DNA of 64,000 nt from the NCBI GenBank assembly GCA_022340885.1, contig JAJDND010000107.1, positions 9,722-73,721 on the forward strand. Direction: 5' to 3'. This document shows, piece after piece, positions 27,191 to 36,630 of the stretch; within the stretch, counting starts at the first letter, position 1; every line of letters starts with the position of its first letter. The position numbers were made by a program, and so were the translations under genes. Source of the stretch: Desulfobacterales bacterium. GTDB taxonomy: Bacteria; Desulfobacterota; Desulfobacteria; Desulfobacterales; UBA11574. Under the pieces are notes generated by a model. It was given only the letters and a program-made list of their open reading frames with translations. It did not search any database and was not told the origin of the DNA.

Positions 27191-27245
27191 AAGCCACGAA
27201 GGTCAATGCTTCCGGAAAGGAAAGCGACCTCGTGGCTTTTTTTTG
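27191..27245 (+). terminator. Rho-independent terminator inside the porin 5' leader (attenuator, or 3' end of a small RNA)
   Basis: AAGCCACGA(a)GGUC...GACCUCGUGGCUU forms a 13-bp stem with one bulge and is followed by UUUUUUUU. It ends about 24 nt before the porin ATG and just before its RBS (AAAGGAGG). Confidence 0.75.
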
Positions 27246-27268
27246 TGTGAGAGAAAGGAGGTTGATCC

Positions 27269-28480
27269 ATGAAACATGGCTTAAGCGTCTTTATGATGAT
27301 GTGCCTGTTCATTTTTTCGGGAAATGTTTGGGCCGATGAGGCGGCCATGCAACAGCAAATCAATCAATTGAAGCAACGGTTGGAACAACTGGAAAAGAAA
27401 AAAGAGGTGACCGAATCTCCGGATTCGGAAACATCGAAAGGTGTCGCAGATAAGATCACATTCAGCGGTATCATTGCCGGCGCCTATCAATATGAGAGCG
27501 TGAGCGGACCGCCCGAGGCCGATGACTTCGGACGCGGAGCAGTGTCCGTTCAACCGGAAGTCAGCATTAGGCCCACGGCATCCGACGAGATTTTTTTTAA
27601 ACTCGGTTTTGCCGCCGGCAACGGTTTGAATATCGAAAAGCGCCTATTCGCCTTGGCGCCATGGGCGGCGTATCTTGAAGATGACGTCAAAAATATCAAC
27701 GGCCGCAACCGGGATTATCTGCTGACGGCGTGGTACAAGCATGTGTTCAGCTTTGGTCAAGAACATACGCTGGGCATCACCGGCGGCATCATAGACGCCA
27801 CGGATTATCTTGATGAAAACAGGTATGCCAATAATGAATACACGCAGTTTATGAACGAAGCCCTGGTCAATGGCCCCAACGTATTTTTACCCTCCTATGA
27901 CATCGGGGGGGCGCTGGAGTGGGAGATCGGATCCTTTACCGCAAAAGGTGTCGTCTTGCAGGTGGGGGAAAACGACGAGGGAAGGGCCTTTAACTTTTAC
28001 GGCGTCCAGGTGGGTTACACCCTCGAAACGCCCATGGGCAAAGGGACCTACCGGGTAATCGTGGACACGACCAGCGACGATTTCAGCGATCCAAACGGTG
28101 TGAATATGGAACCTCTAAAAGGCGTTTTCATCTCCTTCGACCAGGAGATCGGAGAGATGCTGGGTGCATGGATCCGTTTCGGAACCATTGACGACAAAGC
28201 GAGCGTCAATTTCAGTGATCTGTATTCCGGAGGTATGGACATCAGCGGCAAGCTGTGGGGCCGGGAGCAAGACAACATCGGCATCGGCTATGCATATCTG
28301 AGCGGCGGCAACCGGGGTGTTGATCGTGCCCAGGTGGCGGAAGGATATATCCGGTTCGGATTGAACGAGATCTTGGCGTTGACCCTTGATGTACAGTACC
28401 AGGATGACAAGTACAAGGAAGGCGCCGGGGAGGATGTGGATGGATGGATTACCGGCATGCGGGTGTCGGCGGAATTTTAA
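27269..28480 (+). CDS. Outer-membrane porin with N-terminal coiled-coil segment (OprB-like/unclassified beta-barrel)
   Basis: It has a signal peptide (MKHGLSVFMMMCLFIFSGNVWA), a coiled coil (AAMQQQINQLKQRLEQLEKKKE), alternating beta-strand-like sequence rich in G/Y/D, and a C-terminal ...RVSAEF ending in aromatic Phe. Confidence 0.7.
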   Translation: MKHGLSVFMMMCLFIFSGNVWADEAAMQQQINQLKQRLEQLEKKKEVTESPDSETSKGVADKITFSGIIAGAYQYESVSGPPEADDFGRGAVSVQPEVSIRPTASDEIFFKLGFAAGNGLNIEKRLFALAPWAAYLEDDVKNINGRNRDYLLTAWYKHVFSFGQEHTLGITGGIIDATDYLDENRYANNEYTQFMNEALVNGPNVFLPSYDIGGALEWEIGSFTAKGVVLQVGENDEGRAFNFYGVQVGYTLETPMGKGTYRVIVDTTSDDFSDPNGVNMEPLKGVFISFDQEIGEMLGAWIRFGTIDDKASVNFSDLYSGGMDISGKLWGREQDNIGIGYAYLSGGNRGVDRAQVAEGYIRFGLNEILALTLDVQYQDDKYKEGAGEDVDGWITGMRVSAEF

Positions 28481-28500
28481 TTCCCTTTTCGAGATATACT

Positions 28501-28890
28501 TTATGCAACTTTTTTAAAACGGCTTTTAACCCATAATAGAAACACACCGGCCCCGAATGCGCCCCCAAGAAAGTCCGCCAGGGCATCCATGGCATCGGCG
28601 TCTCTGTAAGGAACAAATGACTGGTGAATTTCATCGCTGATGCCGTAAAGTCCGGACAAAAGTATGCTGAGCATGAAAATGAGTTTTAGACGACGGTTGA
28701 TTGATGTGGAATAAAACGCCCTTAGAAACAAGGCGCCCAGAAGGGCATAACCCATAAAATGGAGCACCTTGTCAAAATTCGGCAGGTTCGGTTCGATTCT
28801 CGGCGACGGATAGGAAGACTGGATGAAAATCAACAGGCAGTACAGCAGAATCGGGAGCCAGTAGGAGAAAAAGTTGTGTAATTTGTTCAA
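28501..28890 (-). CDS. VanZ-like family membrane protein
   Basis: FDKVLHFMGYALLGALFLRAF and ISDEIHQSFVPYRDADAMDALADFLGGAFG are VanZ-type motifs. The track ORF runs to 29049, but its N-terminal 53 codons look like out-of-frame sequence overlapping a better small ORF. TTG at 28890, preceded by GAGG, is proposed as the start; ATG alternatives lie at 28962 and 28950. Confidence 0.6.
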   Translation of the reverse strand: MNKLHNFFSYWLPILLYCLLIFIQSSYPSPRIEPNLPNFDKVLHFMGYALLGALFLRAFYSTSINRRLKLIFMLSILLSGLYGISDEIHQSFVPYRDADAMDALADFLGGAFGAGVFLLWVKSRFKKVA

Positions 28891-28897
28891 TCGAACC

Positions 28898-29104
28898 TCA
28901 AAAGCCCGTTGTGGGCCGTCTTTTCCCGAAAAGGTCTTCACAGGGTGCATTCTTGGTAACATGTTTTTGAAGCTTGTCGCACCAAAGGGACAGAAACGTT
29001 CGGCAGCTCCCGTCCATGGCATCCTGTTTTGCGAACCGGGCCTGCTCACAACGCAAGTCGCACCATTTTATTTTGTGGGTTGTTATACCTGCGTTTTCGC
29101 TCAT
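28898..29104 (-). CDS. Small (68-aa) cysteine-rich protein, uncharacterised
   Basis: MSENAGITTHKIKWCDLRCEQARFAKQDAMDGSCRTFLSLWCDKLQKHVTKNAPCEDLF.. starts 15 nt after the thrS stop. It has 5 Cys and a balanced composition, unlike the overlapping frame. Its stop overlaps the RBS of the proposed VanZ start. Confidence 0.45.
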   Translation of the reverse strand: MSENAGITTHKIKWCDLRCEQARFAKQDAMDGSCRTFLSLWCDKLQKHVTKNAPCEDLFGKRRPTTGF

Positions 29105-29118
29105 ACCTAAGACCTGTT

Positions 29119-31035
29119 CTAAGCCAAAAAAAGATTAAGATCCAATTTTCTTTCCCGGATATGGGACAGCGTTTTTCCCAGAAATTCTTCATGGGAAACG
29201 CCGAACCGGACATTACCGTCAAGGGTTCTCACCGAAAGGCTCTCGGATTTTTTTTCCTTATCCCCGATGGTCAGAATCAGGGGGATGTTGCCAAGCTGGG
29301 CGTCTCTCACTTTTTTGTTCAGACTTTCGGTCCTGTCGTCCAGTTCAGTGCGTAGCCCGGCCCTTTCAAGCATGATTCTCACCTCGTTTGCGTGGGATAC
29401 GAGATCGTCGTTGATGGGCAGGAGAATGACCTGCACCGGCGCCATCCACAACGGAAACTTGCCGGCAAAGTGTTCGATGAGAATCCCGAAAAATCGTTCG
29501 ACGGAGCCGTAGATGACCCTGTGAATCATGATGGGGCGCTGTTTTTCATTGTTTTGGTCGATGTAGGATAGATCAAACCGGTCCGGCTGGGACATGTCGA
29601 GTTGAATGGTGCCGCATTGCCAGGTTCTGCCCAGGGCGTCTTTGATGTGCACGTCAATTTTCGGGCCGTAAAACGCGCCGTCTCCGTCGTTGATTTTGTA
29701 ATCCTGGCCATACGCATCCAGCGCGGCCTTGAGACCCTCTGTCGTCATTTGCCATTGCTGATCCGTTCCAATGGATTTTTCCGGTCTTGTGGAAAGCTCC
29801 AGATGAAAACCGAGGCCGAAGGTGCTGTAAATTCGTTTCACCAGTTTCAGTACGCCCAGGATTTCTTTTTCAATCTGATCCGGTCTCATAAAAATATGCG
29901 CATCATCCTGGTGAAATGCCCTGACCCGGAACAGCCCGGAAAGCACGCCGCTGAGTTCGTGTCTGTGAACCAGTCCGATCTCTGCGGCCCGAATGGGGAG
30001 GTCTTTGTAAGAATGGGGTTTCATGCCGTATAACAGCATGCCCCCCGGGCAATTCATGGGTTTTATCGCGTATTCCTGTTCATCGACAAGGGATGTATAC
30101 ATGTTCTCGCGATAATTGTCCCAATGACCGCTTTTTTCCCACAGGCTTCGATTTAGCATGATCGGTGTCTTTGTTTCAACATATCCGGCCCTTTTATGTT
30201 CTTCCCGCCAGTAATCGAGAAGGCAGTTCCAAATAGAGATGCCTTTTGGGTGAAAAAAAGGCATCCCCGGCGCCTCGTCGTGGAAGCTGAAAAGATCGAG
30301 TGAAATGCCGAGTTTGCGATGGTTTCGTTTTCTGGCTTCTTCGAGAAAATGTAAATATTCATCCAGTTCTTTCTTGGAAAAAAACGCCGTGCCGTATATT
30401 CTCTGAAGCTGCGCCTTTGTCTGATCGGCCCGCCAGTATGCGCCGGAAACTTTCATCAACTTGACGGCCTTGATAAATCCGGTATGGGGAATGTGCGGTC
30501 CCCGACACAGGTCCGTAAAATCACCGTGCTGGTATAAAGAGATCGTTTCATCTTGAAATTCCGATATCATTTCGAGTTTATACGGTTCGTCCTTGTAAAA
30601 CGCCATTGCCTCTGATTTTGAGACCACACGCCGTTCAAAAGGGATCTTGGCCTTGATGGCCTTTTTCATTTCAGTTTCGATTTTCTCAAAGTCTTCTTCG
30701 GAAACCGGTTTCATGTCGATATCGTAATAAAATCCGTCTTCCACCGCAGGTCCGATGGTCAGCTTGGCGTCTTTGTAAAGATGCAAAACAGCCTGCGCCA
30801 TCACATGGGCGGCACTGTGCCGGAGGATGTCCAAGGCCTCCGGATCTTTGGTCGTGATCAGTCTGACTCCCGCATCTTCCGTGATCACTGTGTTCAGATC
30901 GACAAGTTTTGAATTCAGCGCCATGGCCACGCAGTTCCGCGCAAAACCTTCTGAAATGCTTTTGGCCACATCCAAGCCCGTGACACCGTCCTCAAAACGC
31001 TTTATATTACCATCAGGAAGTGTTATGTTCACCAT
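29119..31035 (-). CDS. thrS: Threonine--tRNA ligase
   Basis: MVNITLPDGNIKRFEDG (TGS domain), the editing-domain motif HSAAH, the class II core (FHRHE-type region VHRHELSG, GAFYGPKID) and a C-terminal anticodon-binding domain. The track ORF starts 5 codons earlier, at 31050. Confidence 0.93.
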   Translation of the reverse strand: MVNITLPDGNIKRFEDGVTGLDVAKSISEGFARNCVAMALNSKLVDLNTVITEDAGVRLITTKDPEALDILRHSAAHVMAQAVLHLYKDAKLTIGPAVEDGFYYDIDMKPVSEEDFEKIETEMKKAIKAKIPFERRVVSKSEAMAFYKDEPYKLEMISEFQDETISLYQHGDFTDLCRGPHIPHTGFIKAVKLMKVSGAYWRADQTKAQLQRIYGTAFFSKKELDEYLHFLEEARKRNHRKLGISLDLFSFHDEAPGMPFFHPKGISIWNCLLDYWREEHKRAGYVETKTPIMLNRSLWEKSGHWDNYRENMYTSLVDEQEYAIKPMNCPGGMLLYGMKPHSYKDLPIRAAEIGLVHRHELSGVLSGLFRVRAFHQDDAHIFMRPDQIEKEILGVLKLVKRIYSTFGLGFHLELSTRPEKSIGTDQQWQMTTEGLKAALDAYGQDYKINDGDGAFYGPKIDVHIKDALGRTWQCGTIQLDMSQPDRFDLSYIDQNNEKQRPIMIHRVIYGSVERFFGILIEHFAGKFPLWMAPVQVILLPINDDLVSHANEVRIMLERAGLRTELDDRTESLNKKVRDAQLGNIPLILTIGDKEKKSESLSVRTLDGNVRFGVSHEEFLGKTLSHIRERKLDLNLFLA

Positions 31036-31145
31036 TATAATGTCACCCAAACCAACAATATTTTATCCTCATTTTAAAATTTGAAACGCTCAGTTTAGGT
31101 AAAAATATTTAGGAGAAATAGCGTCAAGGGTCAAGGAAAAATTGA

Positions 31146-32282
31146 ATGGAAGCGAACTACAGGATCATAGACACCCCGGCCGAACTCAAAAAAGCAGCCG
31201 GCCGACTTGAACGTGAAAAAGCCGTTGCCGTTGATCTTGAAGCCGACTCCATGTTCCATTATCGGGAAAAGGTTTGTCTGGTTCAGATTGCAAAAGAAAA
31301 ATCGTCTGTCATGGTGGATCCGTTGATGATAAAGGATCTGTCTCCACTTAAACCGCTTTTTTCAAATCCGAGCATCCGGAAGGTTTTTCACGGCGCAGAT
31401 TATGATATTCGAAGCCTTTATCGGGATTTTAATATCAATGTTCGCAATCTTTTTGACACGGAACTGGCCGCGAGGTTCTTAGGACTCGAAGTGAGCGGCC
31501 TTCAGGCTGTGTTGAAGAAGTTTTTTAATGTCGATATCGATAAAAAATACCAGAAAAAAGACTGGTCCAAAAGGCCGCTGCCAAAGGAGATGGCTGCGTA
31601 TGCATCAACGGATGTAATGTATCTTCTTCCCCTTGCCGAAATTTTGACCCGTCAGCTTGAAGAAAACGGACGGCTGGACTGGGTACGCGAAGAATGCGAT
31701 GATTTGGCAAAGGTAAGGCCCGATTCGACGGAGTCAGGGCCGTTATTTTCAAAGTTCAAGGGCGCAGGACGGCTTAAATCAAAAAGTTTGGCGGTGCTTG
31801 AAGCCTTGCTGCAATTCAGAAATAAAGTGGCGGAAGAAAAAGACAAGCCGCTTTTTAAAGTTATCAGCAACGATTCGATAATGAAGATTGCAACGGCAAG
31901 GCCCGTGTCTTTACGCCGTTTAAAGCGCGTCGGAACGCTGAGCAGCAGACAAATATCCATGTACGGCAATGGCGTAATTCAGGCGGTGGCCGGCGCCTTG
32001 GAAATACCCGACGATGCACTTCCGGTATACCTTTCCAGAAAGCCTCCGGTGCTGCCGAAGGGTGCGCCGAGACGGATCAAAGCCCTTAAAACCTGGCGCG
32101 CCGCAAGGGCGAGAACCCTTAAGATCCATCGGGGGATGCTTTGCAATAATGCGCTGATCACCGCCCTTGCCGTCAACAATCCCGTTGACGAAAACGCCTT
32201 CGACGCGATAGTGGGAATGAAACAGTGGCAGATAAAGGTCTTCGGCAGGGAAATTCTGCGGGTGTTGAAAAAGACTTCATAG
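31146..32282 (+). CDS. rnd: Ribonuclease D (DEDDy 3'-5' exonuclease + HRDC)
   Basis: VAVDLEADSMFHY, VFHGADYDIRSL and YASTDVMYL are the exonuclease motifs. An HRDC-like C-terminal region follows. Confidence 0.85.
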   Translation: MEANYRIIDTPAELKKAAGRLEREKAVAVDLEADSMFHYREKVCLVQIAKEKSSVMVDPLMIKDLSPLKPLFSNPSIRKVFHGADYDIRSLYRDFNINVRNLFDTELAARFLGLEVSGLQAVLKKFFNVDIDKKYQKKDWSKRPLPKEMAAYASTDVMYLLPLAEILTRQLEENGRLDWVREECDDLAKVRPDSTESGPLFSKFKGAGRLKSKSLAVLEALLQFRNKVAEEKDKPLFKVISNDSIMKIATARPVSLRRLKRVGTLSSRQISMYGNGVIQAVAGALEIPDDALPVYLSRKPPVLPKGAPRRIKALKTWRAARARTLKIHRGMLCNNALITALAVNNPVDENAFDAIVGMKQWQIKVFGREILRVLKKTS

Positions 32283-32298
32283 AAGTGGTTTCAAAAGC

Positions 32299-33195
32299 TT
32301 AATGAGAAAGTGCCGTTTCGCCGAAAAGAACGGAGATAAAAGCGCGCTTAAAAGAGAACAGGGTTCTGCCCTTTTTCATCACCACTGCGATATAATCGGG
32401 TTTGAATAAATGCTCCATGGATAAAAATCGTAATTTTCTCTGAGTCGATTCCGGCAAATCCGTCGCCACGGTTGCAAAAGAGACTCCAAGCCCCATTTCC
32501 ACATATAAAGCGCTGAGCTCTACATTGGAAGATTCCATGATGATGCGGCAGTCAATGCCTTGGGTTTGGAATCGGTCTTCCAATTCGCTTCGGTATCTCA
32601 AGTTCGCGGGTGGTAAGATCAAGGGATATTTCCCAATTTGTTTCAGCGTCGCCCTTTTAATTTTGGTCAACGGATGATTAACGGGAGTCATCAAGACGGT
32701 GTGCACCTTCTTCCAGCGAAATGCCAGAAGATCTTTAAAAATATTGGATTCCAGCACGAGCCCGAAATCCACCTCCCCATTTTTTACGAGTTCAAGAATA
32801 TCCTGCTGGGATCGATCGCGTATGGTCAATTCAACATCAGGGAACAGCTCCGTATACCTTTTGACGGCGGAAGGGATCAAATGGAAGAGCGTTGTAAAAG
32901 GCGCTGCTATTTTCAGATGCCCTTTTTTCGAATTTTCCAGATCATCGAATTCTTCAATCAGCGAATCAAAATCTTCCAAAACGGTTTCCGAAAACTTTAA
33001 GAATCGCTTGCCGGCGGATGTCAGGCGCAGGTTTCGCTTTCCGATCCTTTCAAAAAGCCGGCATCCGAATTCTTCTTCGAGATTTTTGATCTGTTGGCTG
33101 ATGGCCGACTGGGTTCGGAAGGTGACCCGGGCTGCCTTTGTAAAGCTGCCCAGCTTTGCCGTTTGGTAAAAACCGATGATCTGCTGCCATTCCAT
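32299..33195 (-). CDS. LysR-family transcriptional regulator
   Basis: An N-terminal wHTH (FYQTAKLGSFTKAARVTFRTQSAISQQIKNLEEEFG) followed by a LysR substrate-binding domain. It is divergent from the DUF169-like gene. Confidence 0.9.
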   Translation of the reverse strand: MEWQQIIGFYQTAKLGSFTKAARVTFRTQSAISQQIKNLEEEFGCRLFERIGKRNLRLTSAGKRFLKFSETVLEDFDSLIEEFDDLENSKKGHLKIAAPFTTLFHLIPSAVKRYTELFPDVELTIRDRSQQDILELVKNGEVDFGLVLESNIFKDLLAFRWKKVHTVLMTPVNHPLTKIKRATLKQIGKYPLILPPANLRYRSELEDRFQTQGIDCRIIMESSNVELSALYVEMGLGVSFATVATDLPESTQRKLRFLSMEHLFKPDYIAVVMKKGRTLFSFKRAFISVLFGETALSH

Positions 33196-33222
33196 TAATA
33201 AGTAATATTCCTAATCTTTATC

Positions 33223-33237
33223 ATTAAAACAATTAAT
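33223..33237. promoter_or_regulatory. Candidate LysR box (ATTAA-N5-TTAAT, T-N11-A)
   Basis: A perfect 5+5 inverted repeat in the divergent LysR/DUF169 intergenic region. The region is AT-rich, so a chance occurrence is plausible. Confidence 0.25.
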
Positions 33238-33393
33238 TTGACTTATATATGATTAACAAGATAATGTCAATACACGATGCGACAGCTCAAAGCTTAAATT
33301 TTTACCTGATCAAAACGTTAGAAAAGGTGTAATGACAGATAAATTAACATATTCATCAAACTATCCGGCGATGATTGCCGAAAGGAGGAAGGG

Positions 33394-34167
33394 ATGAATT
33401 GTAAGGTCTATTCGGAAGAAATTTCCAAGTTGGTTCGCCCCCAAACATTCCCTATCGGAGTAAAATTTGTCAAAGATATGGATAAACTTCCGGCAGAAGC
33501 CGTCAGGCCTGCGAAGTATGGTATCAAGATTTCGCTTTGCCAATGGACAACCATGGCAAGACGCTGGGGTAGAATAGTCGGAGCTGTGGCGGAAGATATC
33601 AACTGCACCCCCTGCCTTGCGGCCCTGGGTTTGAAACGACTTGAAAGCAACAACCATTTTTCCGAATACTTCTTAGACATGGGGTATTTCGACAGTATGG
33701 AACTCGCCGAAACGGCAACAAAGGAGCTGGATCCCATACCGGCAGGAGAGATCAGCGGAATCGCCATCTTTCCGCTGGATAAGGCGCCTGTCGATCCTGA
33801 CATTATCGTGATTTATGGAACACCCGCACAAATGGCCCGTTTGGCCGCCGGTTATGTTTATCACTATGGCAAGCTTATCGAATCTAAAACCACGGGGTTC
33901 GGTATTTCGTGCCTTTCAGCTGTAAAGCCGAATTTTACCGGTAAACCCGCATTTGTCCATCCCGGAAGGGGTGAACGTATTTTGGCGGGCACGAATGAAT
34001 CCGAGATGTTTTTTACGTTTCCGGCAAGCTATGCCGAATCGCTTGTGGACGGCTTGAAAAAAACCCACGCCAAAGGGACGCGTTATCCGGTGCAGAGTTA
34101 TATGATTTACCAACCGCCGGTCATCAAACCGGTGAAAGATCTTGGGGAAAAATTAGCTGAAGCATGA
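33394..34167 (+). CDS. DUF169 (COG2043)-like protein
   Basis: A 257-aa protein. The pattern ...PIGVKF...ISLCQW...DINCTPCLAALGL...FGISCLSAV... resembles the DUF169 family. This is recalled from memory, not searched. Confidence 0.5.
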   Translation: MNCKVYSEEISKLVRPQTFPIGVKFVKDMDKLPAEAVRPAKYGIKISLCQWTTMARRWGRIVGAVAEDINCTPCLAALGLKRLESNNHFSEYFLDMGYFDSMELAETATKELDPIPAGEISGIAIFPLDKAPVDPDIIVIYGTPAQMARLAAGYVYHYGKLIESKTTGFGISCLSAVKPNFTGKPAFVHPGRGERILAGTNESEMFFTFPASYAESLVDGLKKTHAKGTRYPVQSYMIYQPPVIKPVKDLGEKLAEA

Positions 34168-34251
34168 ACCGGCACATTATGTATGCAAATTAAGCCACCG
34201 GATCCCAAAAAGGAGATCGAAAATGGGTGAGGGGAAATATCCGTATGTTAA

Positions 34252-35196
34252 TCATGAGTTCAGGATCATTGTCATCGTAGTCGAATCAATGTTGCCCCCG
34301 CTGATAATGATGCCTGCTCGACCTTGAACGGTTGCGGCGCGGCTCAATACCGCCGCCAGGCCGAGTGCGCCTGACGGTTCAACCACAAGCTTCATTCGAT
34401 AAAAGAAAAATTTGACGGCTTCCATAATCGCTGCTTCCGATACGGTCTTCATCTCATCCACATATTCGAGTACCAGGGGGAAGGTGATTTTGCCCAGAGA
34501 CGGGGTTCGGGTTCCATCGGCGATGGTGGGCGGGTTTTTTACGCGATGAAGTTGTTTGGTGTAAAAAGATTTTGTAGCATCATCGGCCAATTCCGGTTCA
34601 ACACCGACGACCCGGCAATTTGAGTCGATATTTTTGGCAGCAACGGCCGAACCGCTCAATAGACCACCGCCGCCGCAGGGAACCAACAGGGTATCGAGAC
34701 GGCCGATCTGGTCAAACATCTCCAGTGCAGCGGTCCCTTGACCGGCGATGACATCCAGGTGATCAAAGGGTGGAATCATCGTAAGACCATTTTTTGTTTG
34801 AAGATTTTTCGCCACGATCTCCCGACTGGTATTTTCGGGATCATATTCGACAATGGTTGCACCATAATCCCTGGTGGCTGCGAGTTTTGTTTCGGGGGCA
34901 TTATTCGGCATGACGATGGTGGTTTGAACACCCAGCATCCGGCCCACCAGCGCCACGGCTTGAGCATGATTTCCTGAAGAATAGGTAATGACGCCGCGTT
35001 CTTTTTCGGCTTCAGACAATTTGGAGATGCTGTTGAACGCACCCCGAAATTTGAATGCCCCGATTCTCTGGAGGTTTTCACACTTGAAATAGATTTCAGC
35101 GCCGATCCACTGGTTTAAGGTTCGCGACGACATGACCGGCGTCACATTGGCATAATTTTTCAATCTTTTTTCGGCGTCCAGGATGTGTTCGAACAT
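34252..35196 (-). CDS. PLP-dependent serine/threonine dehydratase family protein (fold type II; threonine ammonia-lyase/serine racemase-like)
   Basis: It has the PLP-lysine motif FKCENLQRIGAFKFRGA, SSGNHAQA, and a glycine loop VPCGGGGLLSG. Confidence 0.85.
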   Translation of the reverse strand: MFEHILDAEKRLKNYANVTPVMSSRTLNQWIGAEIYFKCENLQRIGAFKFRGAFNSISKLSEAEKERGVITYSSGNHAQAVALVGRMLGVQTTIVMPNNAPETKLAATRDYGATIVEYDPENTSREIVAKNLQTKNGLTMIPPFDHLDVIAGQGTAALEMFDQIGRLDTLLVPCGGGGLLSGSAVAAKNIDSNCRVVGVEPELADDATKSFYTKQLHRVKNPPTIADGTRTPSLGKITFPLVLEYVDEMKTVSEAAIMEAVKFFFYRMKLVVEPSGALGLAAVLSRAATVQGRAGIIISGGNIDSTTMTMILNS

Positions 35197-35274
35197 GTTC
35201 CCTCCAAATTCGAGATCCTAAGGTTGAAATTTTTCGACGGCGCTGCCTGCCGATAATGGGTCCTCCATCCAAAA

Positions 35275-35690
35275 TCAGGATTGCGACGGCTTTACGGAAC
35301 CAAAATAAATGGCGAAGAGGACAATACACACGCCGATCCAATTCGTCAGACTTGTCGGCCGTTGAAAGATCGCTACATCCCAGACAAATTCAAGGGCGGG
35401 CTGAAGCAGCAAGATAAAGCCGGACAAAGAAGCAAGCATTGCCGGCAGTGCATTGGCAATGAGCATCCAGCCGAGGGTTTGGCTAAAGAGTTCCAGGGCC
35501 CACGTAGATGACGCTGTAATGATAAAACACGAGGTCGACGGCAAAGAAAAAGCCGCAAGTCAAACCCGGCAGCAACTGTCGCCCGCCGTGCCAAGCCATT
35601 TCACGACGGAATAACGCGGCACACAAAAAAATGATACCGCCAAAAAAGACCCGGTAAAATGCGGACGCGGTCGGCGTTACATGACAGACT
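35275..35690 (-). pseudogene. Decayed EamA/DMT-family transporter gene (N-terminally truncated, frameshifted)
   Basis: Two minus-strand frames carry EamA-like pieces. One is TPTASAFYRVFFGGIIFLCAALF...FFFAVDLVFYHYSVIYVGPGTL-stop. After a frame change the other reads ALELFSQTLGWMLIANALPAM...IGVCIVLFAIYFG. Together they cover only about half of a normal 10-TM protein, with no start codon or RBS. Confidence 0.5.
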
Positions 35691-35784
35691 TTAACCTATA
35701 CGCCGGAAAAACTGATCATTACTGCGCCGATAACAAGACTTGGCAAAGCGTACTGCCTCCTTCAGGCGTGCAATATATTTCTCA

Positions 35785-36630
35785 TCATGTTGAGGACATT
35801 TTGAATGTGTTTTCCGGAACGCCATGCCTTAGTGCAAGCTTCGCAAACATTTGTGCAAGTCCGGCGCCTATGGTAAAGACTATGCTGGTACCGAGATTTT
35901 TATCGGCTGTCCGGTCGAAAAAAACATGAAGACTCGATTCGAGACCGTCTTCCGGCAGCCAATAGCACACCATGATCGGAACCTTCGGCAGCGGGTGCAG
36001 CACAACGGATATATCGGATTCGAATTGTTTTTCCACCTGTTTTCCATCGAAAATATGGACCATGTCGTCAAAAAGGTCGGTATAGGTATCGGCGACGCGT
36101 TTCATGGGTTCTTCACATCTTTTCTGAAAAAGCGGGTACCCGTCCATGCCGTCTTTCAACTCTCTGAAAGAAACCCAGTGTCCCGACACCGGCAGCCCCT
36201 TGCCATAAAGCACATAGGTGAGAAAAGGGAGGGTGATCCATGGGTTGACATGGATGTCCGTGTAAAGATTGCCTTTTAAATCGACGCTGAAATTCTTGCC
36301 GAGCACTTTCAGTGTCAGTCTGTTATTCGAAACCCGGCCGCCTGTCCTTTTCGCAGCTTCGTCAAGATCGAGCCGAGACATCCTGGCTTTCAGCTGATTG
36401 ATATATTCTTCCCGGTTTTCGTCAAGGGTATTCTGCTGTTCGGGTTTTCCGGAGTACCGCTCGACGGTTTTTCGATCCAGTTTCGGGCACTTGTCGATGT
36501 TGGCCTGACCTCTAAAGACCGCTCCGGCAAAAGCCAGGCATGTTTTTTGACCGCACTCCCGGCAGTTCGATTTGTCGAGCAGTTTAAAAATTTCCATGGC
36601 GTTTTTTGGTTGCGGCATTTCATTACTCAC
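35785..36630 (-). CDS. DUF3786-like protein with N-terminal Fe-S-cluster-type motif (CX2CX4C...C)
   Basis: The N-terminus NCRECGQKTCLAFAGAVFRGQANIDKCPKL resembles the Fe-S domain at the start of corrinoid/Fe-S protein large subunits. The remainder resembles the DUF3786 family. Both assignments are recalled, not searched. Confidence 0.5.
   Translation of the reverse strand: MSNEMPQPKNAMEIFKLLDKSNCRECGQKTCLAFAGAVFRGQANIDKCPKLDRKTVERYSGKPEQQNTLDENREEYINQLKARMSRLDLDEAAKRTGGRVSNNRLTLKVLGKNFSVDLKGNLYTDIHVNPWITLPFLTYVLYGKGLPVSGHWVSFRELKDGMDGYPLFQKRCEEPMKRVADTYTDLFDDMVHIFDGKQVEKQFESDISVVLHPLPKVPIMVCYWLPEDGLESSLHVFFDRTADKNLGTSIVFTIGAGLAQMFAKLALRHGVPENTFKMSST

Noticed and set aside
28885-28897. GGTTCGATTGAAC (minus strand) resembling a tRNA T-arm
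   Set aside because: No acceptor, D or anticodon arms can be drawn around it. It lies at the junction of two coding frames.
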